Origin: the human T2T-CHM13v2.0 reference genome, Homo sapiens
Reading direction: 5' to 3' (one strand)
Length of the DNA: 64,000 bases
NCBI RefSeq assembly: GCF_009914755.1
Contig: NC_060928.1
Both the position numbers and the translations under genes were made by a program. Position 1 is the stretch's first letter. Every line of letters begins with the position of its first letter. The notes beneath the pieces were generated by a model. The model was given only the letters and a program-made list of their open reading frames with translations. It did no database searches and was not told the origin of the DNA. Positions 31,550 through 44,146 of this stretch are shown here, one piece after another.

Positions 31550-31690
31550 TCTTGCTTTTCTAGCCTGTCTCCTCTCCTAGTATGTAAGCTCCTGACAGTA
31601 GAGATTTTTGTCTGTTTATTTACTTTTGTATATCCAGTGCCTAAAAGAATGTCTGACACATAGTGTCCAATAAAATTTTGTTGAAAGGAT
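31550..31690 (+). mobile_element. L2 3' terminus
   Basis: TGTAAGCTCC...TTTTGTCTGTT...CCAGTGCCTA...CACATAGT...CAATAAA. Confidence 0.8.
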
Positions 31691-31860
31691 TATTATTCAT
31701 AAATATATACACACACAACTGAAAAAGTTTAGTATATTCTTATACAACTTTGAGACATTTAGAAAACAGTACAGTGTATTATGCCAAAAGAAAATATATA
31801 TGCCAGCATTTATATAAATGCATCTGTACATGTGCCTACATATTCTGTTTATATGTTTAC

Positions 31861-31996
31861 ATATAATTTAAAATCATCAAAAGTATTTGAAATGTCCTTT
31901 GCTTTGTCAATACAAAAGTCACTATTCTAAAGGATTCGTGGGTTAAAACAACTGTTGCTTCATGGACAGATTGGTGCTTAGAAGAAAAAGCATATC
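31861..31996 (-). pseudogene. Candidate exon, 136 nt (phase 1-2)
   Basis: Acceptor ATGCATTTCAG|G, donor AT|GTAAAC; fully open GYAFSSKHQSVHEATVVLTHESFRIVTFVLTKQRTFQILLMILNY. Confidence 0.5.
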
Positions 31997-32138
31997 CTGA
32001 AATGCATTTGTTAATAGAAAAATTAATAACTACAGAAAATTTGAAAATAAAGTAGCTACTTCAGCACTAGACTGTAAATAAAGAGCAAGAAAGAGCATGG
32101 ATGATGTTAGACTGCAGGCATATTACTTTCTGTTTTAC

Positions 32139-32493
32139 CAGGCCTGTTCTCAGAGAAGGGAAAGAATAAGCTCGCTCTCAAGAACTGAGTCAAAGGTGAG
32201 GGCTCTACAAGTCCTTAAGATTCTTCAGCTTTTCAGAGCCTGGGGATGCTCTCTAAGAAAGGCTGTCGCATTCCCTCTTGTGAGTGCTCAATCCTGTTGA
32301 CCTTCAGGGGACACAAGGAGCAGGAAGTGAACTTTGCTGTTGAGCAAGAAGCTGTTAGTCTGATGCTGGTTAGAAGGATGCTGCCCCAGGTAGGTCCAGC
32401 AGAGGTGCCTGCTCCCCACACTTTAGGCAGACTGAGGGTTCACCAGTTTATGGACTTGTGTTGTTTAAAAGCAAAAACTGTTTTTCTAATTTT
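32139..32493 (-). pseudogene. Candidate exon, 355 nt (phase 0-1)
   Basis: Acceptor TCATTCATATTTTCAG|, donor CTG|GTAAAA; KIRKTVFAFKQHKSINW*... with 3 stops in 118 codons; locally GC-richer. Confidence 0.5.
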
Positions 32494-32825
32494 CTGAAAA
32501 TATGAATGACAAAATTTGTTGTTATTAGAGAACACAAAAGTGGCCATTGTGAAACACAATTGTAATCTGAAAAAGGAAAATTACTACTCAAAGAATGAAT
32601 TGAGAATAAGAGAAAGTTGCATATGCTTGGTGGTTTCTTTACAAATAGATCTGAAGTTACTTTAATAAATAAATGATAAGAATTCTTAAGAATATGCATA
32701 TAAAACATATGCACCTACACATAACTGTTCAACTGCTTCTTCAAAAATTCTACAAAGATGACTACCAAGATTATAAAATGTAAAAGTTAATAGACAAATG
32801 GAATATCGAACTGATCATTGCTTAC

Positions 32826-32872
32826 CTCTAAATTTTTAATCAAGGAATTCAATTGAAAATAATATTTCACAA
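32826..32872 (-). pseudogene. Candidate exon, 47 nt (phase 1-0)
   Basis: ~50-nt pyrimidine tract ending TTATTCTAAG|, donor GAG|GTAAGC; open VKYYFQLNSLIKNLE. Confidence 0.65.
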
Positions 32873-33629
32873 CTTAGAATAAAGAAATAATACAGGAAAA
32901 GCAAAAAGCAAACAAAAGTAAAATAACTCCTGCCTCGCCCTATAAGGATAAAGTTTAAAACTAAAAAAAAAAAGTGGTGAGAGACTGAAAAAAGGTCCAA
33001 TAGGAACTTGGGAGGGGTAAAAGGAAAGATACAGAGAAGCAATTATTAAACATAATAAAGAAAATGTACTGAACTTAGCAATATTCAATCTACAAATTCA
33101 TTGATACCAATGAACTATATTTAATGAATGTATGTACCACCCTAGATTTATCTTTATGAAAGTACTGATTGCTAAGGATACTGTGAAAAAACCTTACATA
33201 TTTCCAGACAGAAAGTACAAGTTTCTCATTACAGACACTAGTGTTGGAATTAACATCAATATTACACCAACAATGAAAATAAAACACATTACACATTATA
33301 TTAAAAAATCCAAAAATTAATTTAATTAAAATTACCATCCAATTATTGAAAATTCTCTAAATAAGAATAGAAGAAAACTAATAGAATAAGGGCCCTCCAA
33401 ATCAATAGTAAAATGTTTAAAGCATTTCCAATGAATGGTCAGTATTACCAGTAAATAGGAAGTATTGATCACAGACAGGAATCTGTAGTAGCAGAAGATG
33501 GCATCAATATTAGAGAAAGAATTAAGTTAGTAACTTCAGGAGAAGCAGTAGAGATATGACTTGGTGTTCTGCATGGGGAATCAGAGCAAGATAGACTATT
33601 GCTTGGGTTTATTCCCACACTACTCTTAC

Positions 33630-33725
33630 CTTGGAGGTATGAGCGCCAATGTGGTGTGGTTGGTGGCAGAGAAAGCATACACACGTAGTCAAGATCACCA
33701 ATGCTGGCAATGTCATTTGAAGGTT
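33630..33725 (-). pseudogene. Candidate exon, 96 nt
   Basis: Acceptor CATTAACTAG| with upstream pyrimidine tract, donor AAG|GTAAGA; phase-1 frame PSNDIASIGDLDYVCMLSLPPTTPHWRSYLQ is open. Confidence 0.65.
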
Positions 33726-36270
33726 CTAGTTAATGACATAGAAGGATGTGTCGTGAATGAGAAAATGAAAAGAAGAGCAAACTCTCTCACTGCAATCTGA
33801 TGCCATACTTAGAATAAAGAGGCTCTTCTAAATACAACTATGATACGGTAAAATGGCCGAGCAATAGAAATTCATGGTAATCAAAATATCTTTTTCTCCA
33901 TTTACTAGCTATAAGACTTAAAGTAGAATTTTAAAAAAAAAAAACTCTTTTGCAGTAGTAAGAATCATTTTCTTTGATAACAAGCTATCCAAATGTAAGA
34001 AAAACCAATAATTTTGTGTTGGCCGGATTTCTACTTTGTACCCATCTCTGTTCTTGTTCTATCAAACTTGGTCTGTGCACATGTATTCTCCACTTCTCTC
34101 TCCATCAGATTCTCTTCCTAACAATCAAAGACTCATAGAAAAGGCCTTTCACAGTCCAGACACTTGCTTTTAGGGAAATCTCTGTTATTCTGAGATCTGA
34201 AAAATATTTAACTTTCTTCTTCATCCCTTATCTTGGCATAAATTTCACATTTTGCCACATACTCTTTGTCATTTATAGTTGAGGTTCATTACTGTTTCTT
34301 CATTAATTTCCACTTTAAAAAATGGTTTATTTGCATTTCAATGTGGGAAAGCTATAAAGAAATTATTGTGGGCCCTTTGCTTTTATTGTGAAGTTAATGT
34401 CTAACTCATATATGTTATAAAATGTAAAAGAATGATGGGTTTCTTTTAGTTCTGTATTTAGCTTTGGAAGACTTCAGGCTCATTTGATTGCTTGATTAAT
34501 AAGAAATAAATTATGTAATAAGCCCTATGATCTTATCACTTTCATTTAGTATTAAATGCCCAGTACCCAGTACCTATTCTTACCACTTCTATTCCATTCT
34601 CTTACCAGTCAAGAGATACTATAATTTTAGTTGTGCAAATGGGGCACTTTACATACAAAGACATAGATAAAACTTAAAAAAATAAAATATCTGTATTAAT
34701 ATCAGACAAAGTAGAAGTCTTCACAAGGAGTATCACAGGATGAAGGACATTTTGTAATGATGAAGAGGTTGATTGATCAAAAAGACATAGCAAACTACCT
34801 CTTTAATATACCTATTTAATAATGTTTCAAAAATACAGCAAAAACTGTCAGAAGTGAAAATAAATAGATAAATTCCAATTACAGTTGGTGGTTTAATAGT
34901 TCTCTTGCAGTAATTGAAACAATATGTAGGAAAAAAATAGTAAGAATACAAAATACTAAAACAGCAGTACTGATTTACTTGCCCTAACTGATAAATTTAC
35001 AGTAGTTACATCCATCTAGAAGCTCATTGCCAAAATCTCTACTTCTATTCCAGGCCCTGAAAGATTCCTGGGAAGCATTGAAATCATCTTTATCAAACAC
35101 ATTTGGAATTCACATTACTGAATCTCAGCTGACACTTCATTACTATTTGGAAATATTGTATTCAACCTTTATTTATTCTACATCTCATTCTTCAGATAAC
35201 AATGTGCTACTTTCCACTTTCCACACACATATGCTTAATTAATTTTGTCTATCCAAAAATTACAGAAGTATAAAAGGCATTTTGTTTACAATATGTATTA
35301 ATGTTTATATTTGTTATAAAAACAAATTGAAGCAATAAAGTTTAGTTACTGTTTAAAGCATATCCAAGGTAATCATCCCACTTAAAATTAAAAGTACTGC
35401 AGGTAATTGAACATTAATATTTTCTCTTTTTTTAAATGACACGTCTATTCTAAACAGTCTCAGGAAATGTTTCCAAACTTGTGTCAGGTTTTTTTTTACT
35501 GTTGCCATAATCAACAGGTCCCGTTGCCTTTATTTTCTATTTAATTGCTTCTGCTTATTGAACATTATATTAATCTTCCTAAACTGATATTTTTATAATT
35601 TTATTCCTCAGCTGCTCTCAATGCCTGAGTTCAACTATTTTAGGTCCACTTTCCACTTATCTTTTGAGCTTTTTCTGCCTTTTCCTCCCAAAACAACTGT
35701 ATGTACCAATAAAATTATTCTGGACAACCCCTGGATGTTTTAATCATGTTTTTCCCTGAATTTTGGCTACTTTTGCTTGCCTGTTTTCAGGTTAAAATAC
35801 ATTTTAGCACTGTGTAATGGAAAGTAGATAGGTCTTGGGGTCAATACCTGGGTACAGATATGAACTTTGCAAATAGATAGCAGTGCGAACCATGGCTATT
35901 AACTTAAACTGTCTGAGCCTCAGTCAATGGAATTTTGGTAACTAAGTTGTATAAAATGTGTTGGGTGCCAGGCACATAGCACATGTCAGTTAGTGATACT
36001 CTCTTCTTCCTCAACCTCTCCAAATCTATAGTCTTAGCTCAAATTCCATCTCTGTCAAGAAAACTTCCTTGAGCCATGGGCTCTGGTTTACTTTCTCTTT
36101 TAATCTGTTATTATTTATTACACTTCCTTTACATGTACATCTTGGAGCCTTCTGTTTTTCCTTAGCGTTGAGAGGTCTTCTTATGTATGTTAAATACATT
36201 AATTAGATTATAAACTACTGAAGTTCTTTTATCCCCACTGGTATCTGAAAAAACACCTTCAACTCTATAA

Positions 36271-36418
36271 TTTTTTTTGTTTGTTTGTTTTTTGTTTTTC
36301 TGAGTTTTATAGCTCTTAAAGGCGGTGCAGACCCAAAGAGTGAGCAGCAGCAAGATTTATTGCGAAGAGCGAAAGAACAAAGCTTCCACAGTGGGGAAGG
36401 GGACCCAAGCGGTTTGCC
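36271..36418 (-). mobile_element. Retroposed LTR12 (ERV9) fragment with A-rich tail
   Basis: GACCCAAAGAGTGAGCAGCAGCAAGATTTATTGC = LTR12 poly(A)-signal region; tail 36271-36299; CTATAAT at both junctions. Confidence 0.85.
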
Positions 36419-37924
36419 CTATAATGTTATTTTTAATTGATTTAAACTTTTTCATCATTATTTTATTCCACTTATTTTATTTTTGTTGTTTTTACTCACA
36501 AGTTTAAGTGGAAAAAAATCAAAGCATATTTTAGAGAGATACAATGAAAAAACATTCCAGTGTGATTCTAAAGTAAGGAATGCAAATCTCAGGGTTACAA
36601 TGGTTTATTTTAAAATCTTTCACTGCAACAATATGTAATTGTGCTAATCGATACTGTATATTTCATGAATAATAAAGAATGGATTTTTCCTCTTTTTGTG
36701 CTGTGCTTGAACAGACTTTTTTTCTGATGAATTATGTTATACATTCTATTTTACTATGCAAGATAGTTGCCCTTAATTTAAATATGATACTAAAATGAGT
36801 TCATCTTAAATGATTTCATAAACTTTTTGCCTATATATTTCCCCTAACAAGGCAAGCATTTCAATGTGCTCTCATATTTCTTTTATCTCTCCATTTTTCT
36901 TCTTTAAGTAATACTACATAAAATTTAAGGTAATATTTACAATCTTTTAATATGAGTCAATATTTTGTTTATAACATAAACAAATGGACTTAACATTTCT
37001 TTAGAACAACAATTATTATTATCATTATATTTAATTACACTTATTTCCCACATGCCTTGCAACACATTCTAGATTTATTTATTTACTTACTTTCATGCTT
37101 CTTGCAAAAGAGGTTTCAATGTCTGCTTTGATGTGGTAATCTTTTTGAAACCCCATATACCTGAAAATACTATTATGCTTTCATACTTATATGATAATTT
37201 AGATGGATATAAAATTTTAGTGTCCAATTTTTCCCTTCATTTTCCAAAATGTCACTCTAATGGCTTCTGCAACCAAAGTTGCAACTAATTCCGATGCCAA
37301 CCTAGTTCTTCTTCCTTCCTTAGTAATCTTATTCTCCTGTTAAGCTCCTAACATTTTACCTTTGTATTTAACCATGTTAGATTTATTATAAGTCTTGTTG
37401 TGAGTTTTCCCTGATCCCTCCTGTGTGGCTCATTTATGCTCTTTCCATCTGGGAACTTGAAAAAGTCTTTTGATCTGGGAAATTTATTTCAATTTTTCTT
37501 CATATATGTATTAATCTCTGACTTAGTTTCTATTTTTGTAAGACTCTTGTTTTCATGCTTCTATGAATTCTACTTCTGTCCTCCATGTTGCTTAGATTTA
37601 TTTCACATACATTCTTTATTTCTACTTTTATTTTGGATGCTGAGAGAATTCCTCAATCTGTTCTTCCAATTCCCCAATTAATTACTTAGCTATTTCAACT
37701 TTACTGTTCTCCATCAGATACTTGAACTATTATACAATTTTTATATCTAATGCTTTTACCCAGCCATTTATTATCATTTCTTGTGTTGTTCCTTAATTCT
37801 TTATATATATTTTCACTTTCTTAAAATTATTTTCTTTCAGTAACTCTGTTTCAGGTAGCATATGTTGTGCAGTTTGTTGTTTTTATCTTGAGAGGTCTTG
37901 TTATTTTGTCCTGTGAGTACATGT

Positions 37925-37993
37925 TTTTTTTTTAAATTTTATTATTATGAAACTTTAAGTTTTAGGGTACATGTGCACAACGTGCAGTTTTGT
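37925..37993 (-). mobile_element. Short L1PA 3' end fragment
   Basis: ACTTTAAGTTTTAGGGTACATGTGCACAACGTGCAG after a poly-T. Confidence 0.85.
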
Positions 37994-39018
37994 TGGTTGC
38001 CAACTACTCTGTCTGGTCACTTGTGTTGAAGAAGAGTTAAAAAGACGGGTTCAGTATCCATCCTTAGGAGTTAAGGAGAAGTTAGGACATAAATCCGGTA
38101 GAATTAAGCACCAAACTTTACAGAATTACTATTGACCACTTTCATTTCCTGTTACTTTGTCAAACAACACTTCTGGTTAGGATTTTCCTTTTAAATGCTT
38201 CGGTAGCATCAATATTTGAAGGAGCTTAACTCCACCTGCTCAAATGATTTAACTGAAAGGCATACACGTATAAATATTGTAGGCCAGTGGGTCAATTCAG
38301 ACTTGTTTTCACCAACTCCTTACATTGCAGTTGGCCTTTGGAGACAGGATTCTGACTGCTTCTTACCATATACCATCCTCTATCCTACCCTTCCTTCCCT
38401 CTGCTCTCATCATATTTGCCTATATTTTGTTCACTCCGCACAGCATACTCAGCCTCATATCAAGTTCTTTGTACTCATTCTCTTTTCTGCTTAAAACACG
38501 ATTCTTCCAAATTTTGCATGATTGTCTTATGCTCAGACATCTTCTCAAAAAGACCTCTACTGTTGCACTGGCTAAAGCCACACCCCAATACCCGCAATCT
38601 TCTCTTATGCATCCAAAATCTTCTTCTCATTGGCACCAAAAATATTCCTTCTTACATAGTTCATGTGCATTTATTTTCTGCACCCTCTGAAAAAAAATAT
38701 AGATCATGATTTGAGGGCAGAGACTCAGTGTGCCTTACTCACTATTATATTTTTGGCATCTACAATACATAGTTTGACATATGGTACATTTTAATAAATA
38801 TATTTTGATTGACTTACCAAACACTTTAAAGATTCTAGCTTGGATCACTGAAGAAATTTTGATGTTATTTTCTGTGCTGGATCTTAAAAGGTAAGATTAT
38901 ATGAAATAGAATAGATTTTTAAAAATAGGCCCATAAAATTTTACTGCTTTGACACTGAGTGTAGGATAAGTACTCAATATTAAAGAGTGCATCTATCTAA
39001 AAATATAATTTCCATAGG

Positions 39019-39040
39019 GGTGTGTGTGTGTGTGTGTGTG
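39019..39040. repeat. (GT)n microsatellite
   Basis: GT dinucleotide run. Confidence 0.9.
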
Positions 39041-40099
39041 TTTATGATAGGAGTGATATCATGATTTGAAATAATATCATGAATTAGTAGGAGAGTTTCT
39101 ATAACTTTACAGAGTTTAGCCAAATTTGTTTGTGTTCTAAATTCCAGAAGATATTTCCAGCCTAACGTTTTCACACCCAACTGTGATGCAGAATTGTTAT
39201 CATACAATCACAATCTATCATCCCAGAGACAATTAGAGACCTGGTGATTTCAAGTCTAAGGTGTGCTCTAGGATTGATGCTAAGGCAGTCTCCAGGGAAA
39301 CTAAAGGTTGGTGATCAGTATAACTGAACACTCTCTTGAAAAAAGAAAACCTGCAACTTTAGGCACAGGGGTCATATCCACGGCTTTCAATTTTACAGAA
39401 GGCACTTATTACCAGTCCTTAAAGAATGAGCATTTTTCCCACTTGCTGTTTTATCTTGATTTACTTTTTTCTCAACATTTACATTCATGATTTGCATCTA
39501 CCTTTCCTGACTGCCAGTATAAGCATTGGCTTCCTTAAATTTCCACTTCATAGGGTAAAGACAATTTCCATGTAATGCTGTCCTACAGGTACATGCATCT
39601 CAAGCTACTAGGAACATAGTTAGAGTCAGTCAATAAGTCAACAACCTGCTCCAGCAATTTGTATTGTTCTACAGATAGAAGGCAAATGCAATTTTCATCA
39701 TTTTATAGAAAGAAGCAAGGCGGTAGAAGAAGCCTTAGTAGAAGATATTTTCTGAGCGTACTCCTTAGCTTTTGATTTGTCACATTTCTAGAACCCTAGG
39801 ACCTAGAAACTTGTGCAATTAGTTGGCTGACAACCAGCAACGATTCTGTTGCTAGTAGTAATTGATAAACTGCTGGAGGGCTCTTTTGGAAAAATCCTGG
39901 ATCTTCGTTTCTGATGTTCAATTAGGCAGGCTATAAGAGCAGCTGATGTGCTTTTTCTTCCCAGATTAAATTACTATCTTAATAGAGAATGTTTGAAGCC
40001 AAAATCACTTGAATATTTGGGATAATAGACTTTTGCAAAAATGAAATTGTTTCCAATATTGAGTACAATGAGAAATTTTCTGATTATAAAAAAACATAC

Positions 40100-40187
40100 C
40101 TTGCTGGAGGATTATTCAATCCTCATATTATATATTGCTCTCTTCTTGAGAATCCTCACATATGCCCAGGTGACAACGATGTTGAAG
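40100..40187 (-). pseudogene. Candidate exon, 88 nt (probable 1-nt frameshift)
   Basis: Acceptor TTATGTCATAG|, donor AAG|GTATGT; FNIVVTWAYVRILKKRAIYNMRI then a frame switch to IILQQ. Confidence 0.6.
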
Positions 40188-40555
40188 CTATGACATAATT
40201 ACTGCATTATAAATTAGGGTTAAAAACCAAAAAGAGAATTAAGGCGAAATATCTATTATCTGTATTATTATTTTGATGTATTTAGCATTAGTTTAGATGA
40301 GCATTGTTTAAAGTATTTTTAAGTAGAATGTTTTCAGTCATAACTGTCAACAATAAAGTGTAATAAGTGATACAAAGCTAGTGTTATTAAGTGGTAACTG
40401 TTTTAAAATTATTTTTCTCTGTTTAAAATCAATTGCAGTAATAGAAATGACATGATTTTTGGCTACTTGGGAGCATGTTGTAATCTTCCCAAGTGAACAG
40501 ATCATCATCACTCCTCCAAAGAAATACCCAAAGGAGAAACATTAGCTTCATTTAC

Positions 40556-41083
40556 CCTGTCATGGCCTTAAACCTTTTGAACATTATCTTTAAGTCCTCG
40601 ATTATTATTTTCTGTTTAGCAGTGGAATGTAAACAAACCTCATCATTTTTTAAAAGTCTCACACTAGGCTTTTTCATAACACATTAACTATAATAAGCAG
40701 AAGAGGCGGGGTGCTAACTGCTATAGTGGTTCGATCCATTTGCTAAATGATGAGAACATCAGTAGTTCATAAGAATTAGCTGCTAAAACATTTAAAGTCA
40801 GACAAACCAAGCCCGGCAATGCAGATAGTAATCTTTTGTGTGTACTAGTTGGCATTCAGACACTTTCTTTTCAGTATGAAATTTAAATTCATTTTGCTTC
40901 TTGCAGCAGTTTATATGATCAAAGATGGCAGATGTATAATGTGTCTAGTCTGATTGTTCAAGGTACTGGTCAGGCCCAGCAGACAGTATGCAGATGTCTC
41001 GTACTTAGTGAAAATCAGTCCTACAAATTGTAAAATGCACATTGAGTGTCATCTGCTGAGAAGAACCAATTATACAAAAGAAA
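40556..41083 (-). pseudogene. Candidate exon, 528 nt (phase 2-2)
   Basis: Acceptor TATTTATTCTATTTCAG|, donor GG|GTAAAT; last ~43 codons open (CVMKKPSVRLLKNDEVC...IEDLKIMFKRFKAMTG); several stops upstream. Confidence 0.5.
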
Positions 41084-42444
41084 CTGAAATAGAATAAATA
41101 TCAAAATATGAAATAATTATTGGAATAGAGGACAATTCACTCCTAAGTTTGTATCATGTTATCTGAGTCCAGTTCTTACATTGCTGATGTCTCAAAGTTT
41201 TATGTCACCAAACCATTGAATATAGCAGTGGAATTTTTTTTCTTATTTAATGTATTGCTTTAATACCTGATGTATACTTACATATTCATAAAAAAGTAAT
41301 TTTAATTATTTTTCTAAAAATCTCATTTTAAAATATTTAAGTGGGCTCCTGAAGCATAAGTAACAATAACAAATGATAAGGTTTTTAAGCACTTAACAAT
41401 TTTTAAGTCAGAATACTAATAAATATACACAACATGATCGATATTAGTAACTGTGACAGGCAGTGCTTAATTAAGTAAACTGATTGTTGGAGTTACGAGA
41501 CTGTGTCCTAAAAAATTAAGATAATCATTGCTTCACTAGCTTTAATATTTAAAAAAAGTGGTGTTAACTGAGATGAATATATTGCCAGTTATAATAAGAT
41601 GAAGAGGAGATTTTTAATCTGCAAAATCAAAGGGAAAATTCCTACATAGCTGCACCATACTGAAAATTTGTTTTGGCAAATGATTCTTTAATGGCTCAAA
41701 TTCAGCGCCGATCTTATAAAACAACCTTAATACACACAAGGAAGTGAATAGCTGAAATCCTAAAATCCTTAAATCATCAATGTTTTAGACTAAATGATTT
41801 TGCTCAGGCTAAATCCACATAGAGTTCTTTATTTTTCATAAGTCCCAACTGTAATCCTTCATTAAAATTTTGATTGAGTCCTAAAGATATAAACCTCTGT
41901 TAGACAAACTTTTCCACTAACAATTTTTGCTACGAGTACAATTAATTTCCATCTCTTTTTGTACATTGGCAGTATAACTAAAGGGAACATCTTGAAATTG
42001 GTTTTACCACTATATAATTATGCATTTTCCCTAACTTTCTAATGAGAGATATGTTATTAATAATATCACCTTCCAGCATAATTTTGCCTTTCATCTGACT
42101 TAAAAATTTCTCCAATTAAATTTTTATAATATCAAGAAAAATTTGAGACAGAAACAATTTAATTTTACTATCTATTAAGCACAGCTTCCAGGAATGAAAA
42201 CTATCATGTATATCACAAAGAGTACAGCTTCAACTCCAAGAATTTTAGAGTGATTGTATCCTTCCTCAATAAAGAAATGTTACCTATTCCCTATAGGAAA
42301 CTGGCTGAGGAAAATGGAGTTCCAAGTTCACATAAAGTAAGACAGATACAGGCATTGGGTTTGATTTTATTTTATTGGAAGGCACTAGGTAATTATTTAA
42401 TCATATTCCAAAATACATGAAGACAAATATTGACTTACTCTTAC

Positions 42445-42602
42445 TGTTTGCAATCTTGACCTTTAGTTAACATAGAGAAAGAGTGACTTAAGTCAGGAAT
42501 GCAAAACACAGAGGTGGCCATGGCCATGGCACCCATAGGTTTTGTTCAAGGTTACAAACATCGCTTTCTCTTTTCTTTCTTTTTGTACAGTAATGATTTT
42601 AA
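42445..42602 (-). pseudogene. Candidate exon, 158 nt (phase 0-2)
   Basis: Acceptor GATTTTTTTTTCAG|, tandem donors GTAAGA/GTAAGT; LKSLLYKKKEKRKRCL*P*TKPMGAM... Confidence 0.45.
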
Positions 42603-42639
42603 CTGAAAAAAAAATCTTTTCTGCATTAAAAATAGGCAG

Positions 42640-43108
42640 TTTTTACCCTTTGCTCTTGTGGGAAGTGGACCAGCTCCTCACCGCCCCCTAACAAGGTCCT
42701 GGAGTTCCTTCTGTTAGATTCTGGTGGTAGGTAAGCATTCTAGAGGGAGACTGAAAAGTAGGAAGAAGGGAGATGTGACTTTCTTCCTGTTTTCTAGGAA
42801 ACAGCAGCAGCACTGGGCTCCAGTCGCCAACTTCTGCTGTCATTTTTTGCACCAGCTGCAAGAAGCTTCCTTTCACAGGTCTGATCAAGAGTCCATTAGG
42901 ACGGCTCCTCTGAGCCTGGAGATTCTTGGAATACTAACTCTTCCCTTTTGTTTCTTGAGTCCTAGAGAGAGTAACTGCTTTCTGTCATCTTTAAACTCTG
43001 GATTATCTGATTTTTGCCTTTCAGTAATGTAATAAGCAATTTCCTGTATTGAATTTATGTTTCAAGTACTTATTGCAATTTTCAGTTTCCTTGAATGGAA
43101 CCGATTGG
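42640..43108 (+). mobile_element. LTR33/ERVL-type ancient LTR
   Basis: 3' end AATAAGCAATTTCCTGTATTGAATT...GTTTCCTTGAATGGAACC. Confidence 0.55.
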
Positions 43109-43109
43109 G

Positions 43110-43860
43110 AAGCCATTGAATGGAATTAAGCAAGATACTGACACTATTAGACTTGTGGTCTGGAGTAATTACGTCAGTTGCATTACAAAGAAGAGATTGC
43201 AGAAAGCAAGGGTATAGATATGATTGTTAGCAGTTTGGAAACTATTTTAATAGATCAGAAAAGACTGTGGCTAGGATTATTGTGATAGTAATGGAAAAAT
43301 TAGATGGATTCAAGATGTAGGACATAATATTGGTAGGATTTGGTAATGAATCAAATATGGAGAATTAGAGAGTAGAGTAAAAGAAAAACAAGTGACAGGA
43401 TTGTATATGATACCATTTGCTGAGATAATTATTACTGGATATTGATGAAGTTTGGAAATAAGATCACAGGTTCACTATTGAAATAATAGAATTTGGATTG
43501 CCTATGAGTCATCCTAGAAGACATATCCAGTAATAAGATGTGTTGTGAGTCTTGTGCTAATACTAGAAAAGGTCTGGGCTAGGGCTGTACATTTATGTAA
43601 GTGTGTTTATAGGTAAGATATTGACACCATGTGTCTAATGAAGAGTAAACAGAATGAAGATATCTACCATCAAAGCTTGAGGAACTTCGGCATTTAATGA
43701 CCTAGTAACCAAGGAAAAAACTTCAAAGGAGATAAAGAAGTATGTCAAGTGCTAAGAGGAAAACAAACATGTTACTGTGTCAGAAGAGATAATGAAAGGA
43801 AACACTTAGATAAGGAGTAATAACCAATATTTTCAATGGCTGATGAGATTTAAAACAATA
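43110..43860 (-). mobile_element. L2 fragment
   Basis: Purine-rich L2-like motifs (GAAGCCATTGAA, GGTCTGGGCTAG). Confidence 0.65.
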
Positions 43861-43972
43861 AGCTTAGCTATTTTGAATTAGTTTGAAGTGGGAAATTAAG
43901 GATAGGGAGAGTTTCTAAATGGTAAGGAAAGCCCCATTCTGTTTCCAAAGAAATTATGAATGCAACACTTAC

Positions 43973-44146
43973 CTTTAGCATCTGGTTAGTATTTCTGTAT
44001 TTTAAATATTTTTAAAGCAAAGAAAATAATTAAAATTATTTGCGGCATCTTTCTAACCACAGCTGCTCTTCTTTCAACCTTTAACTTGTCTTTGTCTTTC
44101 TCCAAGAGACAATTTTAATCAACAAATTATACAAGGATCTCAGTGT
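43973..44146 (-). pseudogene. Candidate exon, 174 nt (phase 0-0)
   Basis: Acceptor TACCTGTTATCAG|, consensus donor AAG|GTAAGT; TLRSLYNLLIKIVSW...RLKEEQLWLERCRK...YRNTNQMLK with 4 TAA stops. Confidence 0.5.

Noticed and set aside
38325-38709. 121-aa and 97-aa ORFs and a minus-strand acceptor
   Set aside because: Sequence looks like degenerate L2; peptides are uninformative.
40920-41083. Apparent GPCR TM3/DRY-like motif (NWFF..QC, DQYL) and TM6-like CFLCHQP in the 33.7-kb exon
   Set aside because: Motif spacing is wrong, needs several frameshifts, and that frame hits many stops in the following exons.
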